This document shows, piece after piece, positions 18,938 to 28,107 of a DNA stretch of 64,000 nucleotides. Source of the stretch: Nitrosopumilus sp. (GTDB lineage Archaea; Thermoproteota; Nitrososphaeria; Nitrososphaerales; Nitrosopumilaceae); contig OY759726.1 in NCBI GenBank assembly GCA_963662625.1, positions 1,760,001 through 1,824,000 of the forward strand. The letters run 5' to 3'. Below the pieces are notes generated by a model. That model was not told where the DNA came from. It saw only the letters and a program-made list of their open reading frames with translations, and did no database searches. The position numbers and the translations under genes were made by a program. Position 1 is the first letter of the stretch; each line of letters starts with the position of its first letter.

Positions 18938-19680
18938 GAGTGTCGAATGACAAGAGTTAGCCATATTATTAAATATTTTGCGAATTCTTAGATGCCGTAG
19001 CGTGCGAAAACCAGGCCGCGTTGGTTTAGGGATTCCTGCAAATGACCGCTTTGCAGATCAAGAAGGCGGGCGAAACCCGGGCCGGTGGAAAAGCAGATCA
19101 CGTGCGCCGCCTGCCGGCGGCATGGGGAACCGCCGGCTGCGGGTACTGCGGCGGGTACCGAGGCGGCCGGGGACGCGTCCGTGGATCGCGCTACGGCTTC
19201 GCCGTGGCTGGCGCGCCGGCGGGCGACGTGGAGGGCCGCTGGGATCCGCCGCGCTGGCCGCTGCCGGGGGTGCCCGGAACGCTGCGGCCCCCCGGCGCGG
19301 GAAGCACTTCCCGCACTCGAATTTCCCGCTGGCCGCCAGATGCCCGCGTCGGGTGGCGGTCCCGGCGCGGGAGAAGGCGGGTCCCCTGCCCACCACGCGG
19401 CCCCACGGAAGACGGCCCGGCATGCGCCGCGGAGCAGCAGGCCATGTCCAGGCGGGGTGACGCGGAGGCGGATACCGCGAAATGCGGCGGTTGGGAGACC
19501 CCGCTAGGATCCGGGACGGCCTCCAGATCAAATGCTTATATAGCCACGGGCTATATGATGGGCGACTCGACACAACATGTATGGATTCAAGAGACCCGAC
19601 CGCAAAGGCATGGAGGGTGACGCCATCCTGGCGTGTGCGGGTTTGGGAGGTTAGCTGTTTTGGCAGATGGTGCGCGCGGC

Positions 19681-20655
19681 ATGGTTTGCGGGGAAAAGGC
19701 ACGGCGCCCCGGTTCCCCGAGGTTTCTTGCGCTGTCGCTTGCCGTGGTCTTCCTTGCATCGTCGGCCCCGCTGGCACAGGCGCAGGAGATCTCGGCAGAA
19801 GACATCTACGAGCCCGGACTGGAGGCGCTGAAGGCCTTTGTAACCGAAATCGCCGAGGCCACCCCGAAGATAATGGCCGCGGTCATCCTGCTGATCATCG
19901 GGCTGATAGCAGGGAAGGTGATCGGGAAGGTGGTACAAAAGACCGCCGCCACCATACTGAAGAAGACCAGCCTCAAGTCTGCCGGTGAAGACGTCCTGTC
20001 CCAGGCCACGGATCAGAAGGACTCGTCGAATCTGATATCCGCCACGGTCAGGTGGTTCGTATACCTGTTCTTCATAATAGCCGCGATTAACGCGCTGGAG
20101 TTCGAGCAGCTGTCATCGGCGCTGACGGACCTGTGGCTCTGGGTTCCCAACCTCCTGGCATTCATCCTGATAGTCGTCGTGGGACTGATCGTCGCGAATT
20201 TTGTCGGGAAGTGGCTGGATCAGGAGCTAATCAAGAAGGATCTCGGGGGTTCCAAGTACGTCACGCTGGGCATCAAGGTGATCATCTACGCGATAATCTT
20301 CGCCATCGCCCTGACGCAGCTGGGGATCGGCCAGGAGATCATACCGATCCTGGTTTCCGCGTTTTCGTGGAGCCTCGCCATCGGCGTCGGCGCCGCCGTT
20401 GCCATAGGGCTCGGGTTTGCGCTAAAGGACATATTTCCGGCGGTGATCAGCTCGGCGTCAAAGCAGAGCTCCGTGTTAAAGGTGGGCCAGAGGGTGAGGA
20501 TAGGGGAACGTACCGGGACGATAACTTCCGTGGAGTTGCTGCACGTAGTGCTGGCCAACGAGCAGAACGAGAGCGTGGTCATCCCGACGAAGGTCCTGGC
20601 AAACGACACGATAACCATACTCGGGTCAGAGAGCGGCGAAACTGCCAAGGACTGA
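19681..20655 (+). CDS. MscS-type small mechanosensitive channel / conserved TM-helix repeat protein
   Basis: Repeated P.(I/L).A..L.I.GLI helices; C-terminal LKVGQRVRIGERTGTI...VIPT; start uncertain. Confidence 0.85.
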   Translation: MVCGEKARRPGSPRFLALSLAVVFLASSAPLAQAQEISAEDIYEPGLEALKAFVTEIAEATPKIMAAVILLIIGLIAGKVIGKVVQKTAATILKKTSLKSAGEDVLSQATDQKDSSNLISATVRWFVYLFFIIAAINALEFEQLSSALTDLWLWVPNLLAFILIVVVGLIVANFVGKWLDQELIKKDLGGSKYVTLGIKVIIYAIIFAIALTQLGIGQEIIPILVSAFSWSLAIGVGAAVAIGLGFALKDIFPAVISSASKQSSVLKVGQRVRIGERTGTITSVELLHVVLANEQNESVVIPTKVLANDTITILGSESGETAKD

Positions 20656-21003
20656 CCCGCGCGTTTTGCCTGGCCGTGCCGCCCCCGGCGGAGGCGGGCC
20701 GAAAGGCGGCGGCCACGTGGCAGCCGATCGCTCGATCATCGCTGATCGTGGCATCGCGCCTGTTGTACGCCGGCGTCGCCCCGGCCACCGCGTCGCCCCT
20801 TGCCCCGCCGCGGGGCACCGCAGACGAGGTGCGGGCGCCCCCGGCGGGTGATCCAGCCGCGGAAACGGCCTGCGCCTGCAACCACGACGGCGCGCCGGAC
20901 GCGGCTTGGACGCGCGTGCCCAAACCCCGCGGGCCGGTGTTGGCCGCGGCCGCCGGAAAACCCGTCCCGGGAGAGGCGGCGCGAGGATCCCCCGGCGCCC
21001 ACG

Positions 21004-21444
21004 CTACGCCGCGTCCCGTTCCCCCAGCATCCTGTCCTGGTTCTCGAGCATCCTGTCCTGGTTCTCGAGCATCCTGTCCTGGTTCTCGAGCATCCTGTCC
21101 TGGCTTTTCATTATGCCGTGAAGGTACATGGCACCCGTGGCGTGGCCCTCCACCATCTCCTCAAGAAAGTCCCCCAGGACGATCCTGAACGTCCGGTACT
21201 CGCCGGTGGGCTCGGAATAGTCGGCCCGTATGTCGTCGACCTCGACTGGCCTTTCCGCGTTTCGCACGGCCTCGATGAACATCTCGATGCTGCCATCCTC
21301 CCCCTCGCAGGCGATGCGGACGGACCCGTCCTCCATGTTCACGACCTCGCCATTCAGGCCGTGCTGCCTTGCCATGCTCCTCACGGCGTAGCGGAAGCCG
21401 ACCCCCTGAACCAGCCCGGAGACCGTTATGTTTGCGCGCTTCAT
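21004..21444 (-). CDS. acyP: Acylphosphatase with coiled-coil tail
   Basis: VSGLVQGVGFR, VVNMEDGSV; tail of QDRMLEN repeats. Confidence 0.88.
   Translation of the reverse strand: MKRANITVSGLVQGVGFRYAVRSMARQHGLNGEVVNMEDGSVRIACEGEDGSIEMFIEAVRNAERPVEVDDIRADYSEPTGEYRTFRIVLGDFLEEMVEGHATGAMYLHGIMKSQDRMLENQDRMLENQDRMLENQDRMLGERDAA
21026..21103. repeat. 21-bp perfect tandem repeat x3.7
   Basis: Unit AGCATCCTGTCCTGGTTCTCG. Confidence 0.95.
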
Positions 21445-21533
21445 GCGGCAGTATCGGCGTGCGCGCTATTAGACTGTTGCCGTGGCGCGGGGGAACCCGG
21501 TTCCGGCGGCGCCCATGCGCGTTACTGGGAAGG

Positions 21534-21607
21534 TGCCAGGGGCGGGATTTGAACGCGCGACAGCTCGGTCTTCAGCCGAGTGCTCTCCCGGGCTGAGCTA
21601 CCCTGGC
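21534..21607 (-). tRNA. tRNA-Phe (GAA), intronless
   Basis: GCCAGGG/CCCTGGC acceptor stem, CTCGG-CTGAAGA-CCGAG anticodon arm, TTCAAAT T-loop. Confidence 0.95.
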
Positions 21608-21635
21608 ACACAGGGGTTTTCTTCCGCCTGAGGAA

Positions 21636-22184
21636 TTAAAGTGTGTCTTTTGCCTTCCAGGCGACGTCCCCGCGGCCCCCCCTCCTGTTGGCAATCCGGG
21701 CCAGCACGAAGAGCAGGTCCGACAGCCTGTTCAGGTAGACGGCGCAGAGGGGGTTTGCGTGCTCGCCCTCCCCTAGCAGCACGGCCCGGATCTCCGCCCT
21801 GCGGGCGACAGTCCTGGCGTGGTGGAGGTGGGCCGCCAGCGCGTTCCCCCCCGGCAGCACGAAGTTTTCCAGCCGGGGAAGCTCCCCCTCGAACCCGTCG
21901 ATGCTCGACTCCAGGCCGCGCACCATCTGCTCCGTCACCCGGTTCGAGTCGTCGTCCGGATCCGGGTTCGACATGTCAGCGCCTAGCACGAAGAGGTCGT
22001 TTTGGACGCGGGTCAGGACGTCGGAGACGTCCCCGTCGGGCCCGCACGCGAGGGACACCCCCAGGGCGGCGTTGACCTCGTCGACCGCGCCGTACGCTAC
22101 TATGCGCCGGCTGGTCTTGGGGACGCGCGTCCCGCCGAGCACCCCGGTCGTCCCGTCGTCGCCGGTCCTGGTGTATATCTTCAC
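21636..22184 (-). CDS. pduO: PduO-type ATP:cob(I)alamin adenosyltransferase
   Basis: MKIYTRTGDDGTT, AYGAVDE, RRAE, YLNRLSDLLF. Confidence 0.95.
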   Translation of the reverse strand: MKIYTRTGDDGTTGVLGGTRVPKTSRRIVAYGAVDEVNAALGVSLACGPDGDVSDVLTRVQNDLFVLGADMSNPDPDDDSNRVTEQMVRGLESSIDGFEGELPRLENFVLPGGNALAAHLHHARTVARRAEIRAVLLGEGEHANPLCAVYLNRLSDLLFVLARIANRRGGRGDVAWKAKDTL

Positions 22185-22297
22185 AGCGTACCAGTCCGCG
22201 GGCTGATCTATTATGTCATTCGGATTGTTTAATTATCGATCCGTGGGATCTGACGCATGCCAAGACACGCGCGGCCGCGGCGGGCCGGCCCGGGGCC

Positions 22298-22921
22298 TTG
22301 ATCCTGGACTTCCTGAAGGCGGCAGCCGGCCTGAAGGGCGTCCGCCGGCAGGGGTGGATCGACAGGCTGGGCCACGGGGATCCGGAGACGGTCGCGGAGC
22401 ACTCCTACTCCATGGCGGTGATGGGGATGGTCTTTTCTGACCTGGAAGGCATGGACACCGGGAAGATCCTGAGGATGATCCTCCTGCACGATCTGGCCGA
22501 GTCCGAGGTGGGCGACATAACCCCCGGCGCGATGCCGGGCGGCGAGAAGGCCGGCCTCGAGGACGGCGCGATGGGGAGGATCCTCGCCAGCCTCCCGGGG
22601 AGCCTCTCCGGGCAGTACGCGCTCCTGTGGGACGAGTTCCGGCGCGACTCGTCGCCCGAGGCGAGGCTTGCCCACCAGCTTGACAGGCTGGAGATGGCCC
22701 TCCAGGCGAGCGCCTACCTCCGCGACGGCTTTGCGCCCGGGAAGATCGAGCCGTTCTTCGACTCCGCGAGGGACGGGATATCCGACAAAAACATAAAAGA
22801 AATTTTCACGGAGATACTGGAGGATGGACGGGGACAAGGACGAGCTGATAAGGGCCCAGAACCAGGTCATAGGCATGCTCCTCGAGGCGGTCAAGAGGCT
22901 GATGGCCAACAACGACCTTGA
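22298..22921 (+). CDS. HD-domain hydrolase (YfbR/HDDC2-like 5'-deoxynucleotidase)
   Basis: RQGW, ETVAEHS, LLHDLAE, LDRLE. Confidence 0.9.
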   Translation: MILDFLKAAAGLKGVRRQGWIDRLGHGDPETVAEHSYSMAVMGMVFSDLEGMDTGKILRMILLHDLAESEVGDITPGAMPGGEKAGLEDGAMGRILASLPGSLSGQYALLWDEFRRDSSPEARLAHQLDRLEMALQASAYLRDGFAPGKIEPFFDSARDGISDKNIKEIFTEILEDGRGQGRADKGPEPGHRHAPRGGQEADGQQRP

Positions 22922-23051
22922 CGAGGAGTACCTCCGGATAGTCGCGTCGGGCGGGGCGGGCGTGGACGCCGGGAGGCTAGACAGCATCATCATGGAGAGG
23001 AAGGAGAACGCGAGGGTGGTGGGCAGGCTGCTGGAGCAGCTCCGGGGATAG
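22824..23051 (+). CDS. Hypothetical protein (75 aa)
   Basis: GGAGG SD before ATG, helical composition. Confidence 0.75.
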   Translation: MDGDKDELIRAQNQVIGMLLEAVKRLMANNDLDEEYLRIVASGGAGVDAGRLDSIIMERKENARVVGRLLEQLRG

Positions 23052-23101
23052 CGCCGGGCCAGGAGAGATTGTTTTTATAGCGACCCGCCGTTCTGGTATC
23101 C

Positions 23102-23449
23102 GTGCAGTACTTTAGGGCGCTGAAGCTCGGGCAGAAGAGGGTTGCGGAGGCGAGGGAGTACCTCAACGGGCTCACGGGGGGCAGGGCGATGCCCGCCCTG
23201 GCCCTGGCCGACGGCAGCTCCGGCGCCTGGGAGGCCGTGGGCGAGGAGAACATGTACGCATTCGTGGACGAGTCGTCCGGCTTCGTCCTGACCGACGACA
23301 GCGGGTACATACTGGCACTGGTGGACAAGAGCGGCGCGTCAAAGGCCATAGTCCAGGGGGTGACCGGGGAGCAGAGGGGCGACCTGGAGAAGAGGTTCGG
23401 CGAAGACGGCGTCCCGGAGTTCAAGGGCAAGGTCATACTCCCGGTGTAG
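23102..23449 (+). CDS. Hypothetical protein (115 aa)
   Basis: TTTTATA box ~25 nt before GTG. Confidence 0.8.
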   Translation: MQYFRALKLGQKRVAEAREYLNGLTGGRAMPALALADGSSGAWEAVGEENMYAFVDESSGFVLTDDSGYILALVDKSGASKAIVQGVTGEQRGDLEKRFGEDGVPEFKGKVILPV

Positions 23450-23506
23450 TGCAGGCCCGCGGGGGCGTCCCAAACGTTTTTGAGGGAACGGCGTGGAAGG
23501 TACCCA

Positions 23507-24730
23507 ATGAAGAAAAACTCCCGGGAGGTGGAGGTCAGGGGGCACCTGATCGACTCGATGATCCTCGCCAAGATACTCGACAAGGCCATGAACAGAGGGG
23601 GGGAGTTCGAGATAATGGAGCTCCGGGTCGGGAAGAGGAAGACGGACCACAGCCGCGCGAGGCTGCGCATCTCCGGGAGGAGCCAGGGGCACCTCGAGGA
23701 GATCATAAACGACATACACCGGGACGGGGCCATCCCGGTCAACGAGACCCCGGTGAGGCTCAAGAGGGCGCCCAAGGACATGACGCTGCCGAGGGGGTTT
23801 TACAGCACCACCAACAACAGGACGGCGATATTCCACGGGGGGGAGTGGATCCGGGTGGGCGGCCAGATGATGGACAAGTGCATCGTGGTGGACGACGGCG
23901 GGGCGTCGTGCGTCCCCATACGCGACGTGAAAAGGGGCGACATGGTCGTGGTGGGGGACTCCGGGGTCAGGGTGGAGCCGCCGGAGAGGCCGCGCGACAA
24001 GGCAAACATCTTCGCGTTCATGGGAAGCAGCAGTTCCAGCGAGAGGCCGACGCAGCACATCGCCGGGAAGGTGGCGCAGGACATACTCCGGACCGCCGGG
24101 AACGGGGGCAAGGTAGTGCTGGTCGGGGGGCCCGCCATAGTGCATACCGGGGCCGCGGGCTCCGTGGCAGAGATGATCAGGATGGGCTGCATCCACGGCG
24201 TCCTGGCCGGAAACGCGCTGGCGGTCCACGACATCGAGAACGCCACGCTCGGGACGTCCCTGGGGATGCACGTCCGGGACGCGACGCTGGCAAAGCGCGG
24301 CTACAGGAACCACATGGACACGGTAAACGAGGTATTCAGGGCAGGATCCATCGCCGGCATGGTGGGGGAAGGCAGGCTGAAGAGCGGGATCTTCTACGAG
24401 TGCGTGAAGGGCGGCGTCCCGTTCGTGCTGGCGGGATCCATCCGGGACGACGGGCCGCTGCCCGACGTGGTCACCGACGTGGTGGAGGCGCAGAGGCAGT
24501 ACAAGAGGGTCCTCAGGGACGCCGACATGGTGATAATGATCTCTACCATGCTCCACTCCATCGCCACGGGCAACATGCTGCCGGCTGACGTCCAGGTGAT
24601 AGCTATAGACATCAACCAGCCAACCGTGACCAAGCTGGTGGACAGGGGGACCTGGCAGGCGCTGGGGATAGTCTCGGACGTGGGGGCATTCCTGCCGCTG
24701 GTGGTGCAGCAGATCAAGGAGCTCGGGTGA
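23507..24730 (+). CDS. TIGR00300 family (LOR/SDH-like; ArgZ C-terminal-type ornithine cyclodeaminase)
   Basis: GHLIDS, FYSTTN, FAFMGSSSSSE, LAGSIRDDGPLP, MLHSIATGN. Confidence 0.88.
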   Translation: MKKNSREVEVRGHLIDSMILAKILDKAMNRGGEFEIMELRVGKRKTDHSRARLRISGRSQGHLEEIINDIHRDGAIPVNETPVRLKRAPKDMTLPRGFYSTTNNRTAIFHGGEWIRVGGQMMDKCIVVDDGGASCVPIRDVKRGDMVVVGDSGVRVEPPERPRDKANIFAFMGSSSSSERPTQHIAGKVAQDILRTAGNGGKVVLVGGPAIVHTGAAGSVAEMIRMGCIHGVLAGNALAVHDIENATLGTSLGMHVRDATLAKRGYRNHMDTVNEVFRAGSIAGMVGEGRLKSGIFYECVKGGVPFVLAGSIRDDGPLPDVVTDVVEAQRQYKRVLRDADMVIMISTMLHSIATGNMLPADVQVIAIDINQPTVTKLVDRGTWQALGIVSDVGAFLPLVVQQIKELG

Positions 24731-24750
24731 CGGCGGCCCCCGGCGCAGTG

Positions 24751-26673
24751 TCACGCGGGCCCCGCGAACTCGCCCAGGACGCCGGGGTTCTCCAGCGAGG
24801 AGAGGTCGCCCGGGTCCGAGCCGAGCAGCCTGGACCTCAGCAGCCTCCGCATCACCTTGCCCGTCCGGGTCTTCGGCAGGTCGGACAGCCGGATCACGTG
24901 CCGGGGACGGGCGATCTTGCCGACCCTGGCAGAGACGAGGTCGGGTATCTCCGTTTCCAGCCCTGCCGCCGGCCCGTCCGCGACGAAGAACACCGCGATC
25001 GCCTCCCCCGTCAGCGCGTCGGGGACCGGGACGGCGGCGGCGTCGGACACCCTGCCGTGGGACATTACGGCGTGCTCGATCTCGGCCGTGCCGATCCTGT
25101 GGCCCGCGACGTTCATCACGTCGTCGACGCGGCCGCGCATGTACCACAGGCCGTCGTCGTCCACGCGCACGCGGTCGCCGTGGAACCACACCCCCTCAAA
25201 GCGCGACCAGTACGTCTCCACGAACAGCTCCTCGTTGTTCAGCAGCCCCCGGGTCATGGCGGGCCACGGCGACCTGACTACCAGGTAGCCGTCCCCGTTC
25301 CTTACTGGATTCCCGTCGTCGTCAAGGGCGTCAAGGTCCATCCCGGGCACGGGCATGCCCACGGTCGACGGCCTCAGGCTCATCCCGGGAAGGACGGACA
25401 GCATCGCGCCGCCGGCCTCGGTGCCGCCGGCCAGGTTCACCACTGGGATCCTCCGGGAGCCGACCTCCTCAAACAGCCAGCGCCACGAGTCCTCGTCTAG
25501 CGGCTCCCCCGTGCACGGGATGTTCTTCAGCCTCCCCAGGCCGAACGACTCCGCGGGCCTGGCGCCGGCCCTCCTGAACATCCGCACCGCCGTGGGGGAG
25601 GTCCCGAATATGGTCACGCCGTACCCCGAGAGTATCTTCCACGCGGCGTCCGGGTCCGGGGCGTCCAGCGCGCCGTCGTAGATCACCGCGGAGGATCCCG
25701 CAAGCAGCAGCCCGTAGACGTTCCACACGAGCCCGGTTATCCAGCCCGCGTCGGCCGGCCAGAAGACCACGTCGTCCTTGGTGGTGTCCACCAGGTACGC
25801 CGACTGGTGCCCGGCAAACACCGAGAACCCGCCGTGCACGTGGACGGCGCCCTTGGGCATGCCGGTGGTGCCCGACGTGTACAGCACGAACAGCGGGTCC
25901 TCGGAGTCCATGGCCTCGGTCCCGCACGAGGCGCCCTGGGACGCCGCCAGCTCGTCGTAGCGGACCGCGCGGCCGGACCGCGGGTACGAGTCCACGCCCC
26001 CGTACGGCACGACTATGATCCTCTCGACGCGCGTCCCCCGCACCGCGGACTCCACGGCGCCGCGCTGGGAGACTGGCCTCCCCTTGCGGTAGAACCCGTC
26101 GGAGACGAACAGCACCTTTGCCCCGCAGTCCCGCAGCCTGACGTGCAGCGACTCCGAGCCGTACCCCGAGAATATCACGGTCTGGACGGCCCCGATCTTC
26201 GCGGCCGCCAGCATCGCCAGGAACGCCTCCTCGATCATCGGCATGTAGATCGCGACGACGTCCCCCCTGCCGACCCCGAGGGAGAGCAGCGCGTTTGCGC
26301 ACCTGGACGCCCCGCGGTCCAGCCCGGAGTAGGTGACCCTCGAGCGGGCGCCCCCCTCGGAGGCGAAGTGGTACGCGGTCTTCCCGGGATCGCTGCGCGC
26401 GAACCTCTCCACTGACGAGCTGTAGACGTTGGTCTTGCCGCCAGGAAACCACGCGGCGTGCCGCGGGCCGCCGGAGGGGTCGATCACCTCCCGGTACGGG
26501 GCATGCCACACGATGCCGACGTCCCGCTCGACCGAGCCCCAGAACCACCCGGGGTCGGCCGACGCCCGGCTGCGGAGCTCGTCCAGCGAGCCGACGCCGT
26601 GCTTCCGCATGAACCTGTGGATGTTCGAGTCCCTGCGCTGCCGCGCGGTCGGGACGAACTCATAGCCGGCCAA
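24751..26673 (-). CDS. acs: AMP-forming acetyl/acyl-CoA synthetase
   Basis: YTSGTTGMPKG, GRVDDVMNVAGHR, LPKTRTGK. Confidence 0.9.
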   Translation of the reverse strand: MAGYEFVPTARQRRDSNIHRFMRKHGVGSLDELRSRASADPGWFWGSVERDVGIVWHAPYREVIDPSGGPRHAAWFPGGKTNVYSSSVERFARSDPGKTAYHFASEGGARSRVTYSGLDRGASRCANALLSLGVGRGDVVAIYMPMIEEAFLAMLAAAKIGAVQTVIFSGYGSESLHVRLRDCGAKVLFVSDGFYRKGRPVSQRGAVESAVRGTRVERIIVVPYGGVDSYPRSGRAVRYDELAASQGASCGTEAMDSEDPLFVLYTSGTTGMPKGAVHVHGGFSVFAGHQSAYLVDTTKDDVVFWPADAGWITGLVWNVYGLLLAGSSAVIYDGALDAPDPDAAWKILSGYGVTIFGTSPTAVRMFRRAGARPAESFGLGRLKNIPCTGEPLDEDSWRWLFEEVGSRRIPVVNLAGGTEAGGAMLSVLPGMSLRPSTVGMPVPGMDLDALDDDGNPVRNGDGYLVVRSPWPAMTRGLLNNEELFVETYWSRFEGVWFHGDRVRVDDDGLWYMRGRVDDVMNVAGHRIGTAEIEHAVMSHGRVSDAAAVPVPDALTGEAIAVFFVADGPAAGLETEIPDLVSARVGKIARPRHVIRLSDLPKTRTGKVMRRLLRSRLLGSDPGDLSSLENPGVLGEFAGPA

Positions 26674-26700
26674 GCCCCACCGCCCCGGGGCGTGCGCGCG

Positions 26701-28107
26701 TCACGTCCCGAGCTCCCTTTTGAGCAGCTCCAGCGTGAGCCCCGGGTCTGCCTTCCCGTTGGTCTTCTTCATCACCATCCCCACCAGGAAGTTGATGGCC
26801 TGCGGGTTCGACCTGGCCTGCTCGGCCGCCTGGGCCTCCTCGGCCACCACATGGACCACTATCGCGGAGAGCTCCGACTCGTCGGAGACGCTCCCGAGGT
26901 CCAGCTCGTCCACCACGTCCCGCACCGGCTTGCCCGTCCTGACGACCTCGTGCAGCGCCGCCTTGGCCGAGGCGCGGGACAGCCTCCCGGACAGGACGGC
27001 GCCGGCCAGGTCAGCGAGGTGGGCCGCGGTGATCCTGGCGGCCCCCCTCTTCTCGCGCGTGTCGGCCATCCCCATCAGGTCGGTGGTGATGATGTTCGCG
27101 ACCTCCCTCGCGTTTGATCCGTCGCGCGCCTCCTCGAACAGGTCGGAGTAGAACTTGTCTGACGACAGCACGTCCGCCACCTGGGGCGGGATGCCGTACC
27201 TCGAGGCGTACCTCTCCCTCTTGGATGCGACGCTCTCGGGGACCCTGGACCGCAGCCCGTCGCGCACCTCCTGGCCCATCACCACCCACGGGATGTCGGC
27301 CTCCAGGAAGTACCGGTAGTCCATCGCGTCCTCCTTGGAGCGGGACGGGGCGGTGATCCTCCTCCTGTCGTCCCAGTGCCGCGTCTCCTGCGCCACCGGT
27401 ATGCCGCGGGAGTGCAGGCTCTCCTGGCGGGTCGCCTCGAAGCGGACCGCCTTTTCCAGGTCGTGGAACGAGCCTATGTTCTTGACCTCCACCCTGTTCC
27501 CTCCCCGGACAGACACGTTGGCGTCGGCCCTCATGGCGCCCTCCAGGCCGGGATCTGACACCCCGGCGTTCTCGAGCAGGTCGGACAGCGCGTTGAGGAA
27601 CGCCCGCACCTGCCCCGGGCCCTCAAAGTCCGGCTCGGTGACTATCTCCACCAGCGGGGTGCCCGCGCGGTTGTAGTCCACCAGCGTCACCGTGCTCTGC
27701 GACGACGCCCCCTCGTAGCTCAGGCGCCCCGGATCCTCCTCCAGCTGGATCCTGGCGATGCGGATCCTCTTCCCGCCGGCGTCCACGTAGCCCCCGGTCC
27801 CGATGCTCGTGTCCCCGTAGATGTTCAGCTGCGTTATCTGGAAGTTCTTGGGAAGGTCCGGGTAAAAGTAGTTCTTCCTGAAGAACGCGATCCTGCCGGG
27901 GGTCTCGCAGTGAAGCGCCATCGCCAGCACGGTGGCCGCCTTCACCGCCTCCCGGTTCAGCACCGGCAGGCTCCCGGGGAGCCCCGCGCAGACGGGGCAT
28001 ATGTTCGTGTTGGGCGCGCACGAGCGGTACTCGGCCCTGCACGGGCAGAACAGCTTGCTGTTCAGGCTGGTGAGCTGGCAGTGGATCTCCAGGCCGATCC
28101 TTGTCAT
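26701..28107 (-). CDS. gatB: Asp/Glu-tRNA amidotransferase subunit B
   Basis: IGLEIHCQL, RKNYFYPDLPK, DYNRAGTPLVEIVTEP. Confidence 0.98.
   Translation of the reverse strand: MTRIGLEIHCQLTSLNSKLFCPCRAEYRSCAPNTNICPVCAGLPGSLPVLNREAVKAATVLAMALHCETPGRIAFFRKNYFYPDLPKNFQITQLNIYGDTSIGTGGYVDAGGKRIRIARIQLEEDPGRLSYEGASSQSTVTLVDYNRAGTPLVEIVTEPDFEGPGQVRAFLNALSDLLENAGVSDPGLEGAMRADANVSVRGGNRVEVKNIGSFHDLEKAVRFEATRQESLHSRGIPVAQETRHWDDRRRITAPSRSKEDAMDYRYFLEADIPWVVMGQEVRDGLRSRVPESVASKRERYASRYGIPPQVADVLSSDKFYSDLFEEARDGSNAREVANIITTDLMGMADTREKRGAARITAAHLADLAGAVLSGRLSRASAKAALHEVVRTGKPVRDVVDELDLGSVSDESELSAIVVHVVAEEAQAAEQARSNPQAINFLVGMVMKKTNGKADPGLTLELLKRELGT

Noticed and set aside
19100-19260. Possible DNA methyltransferase relic
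   Set aside because: Resemblance to DLxxTSPPY is too weak to call without an HMM search
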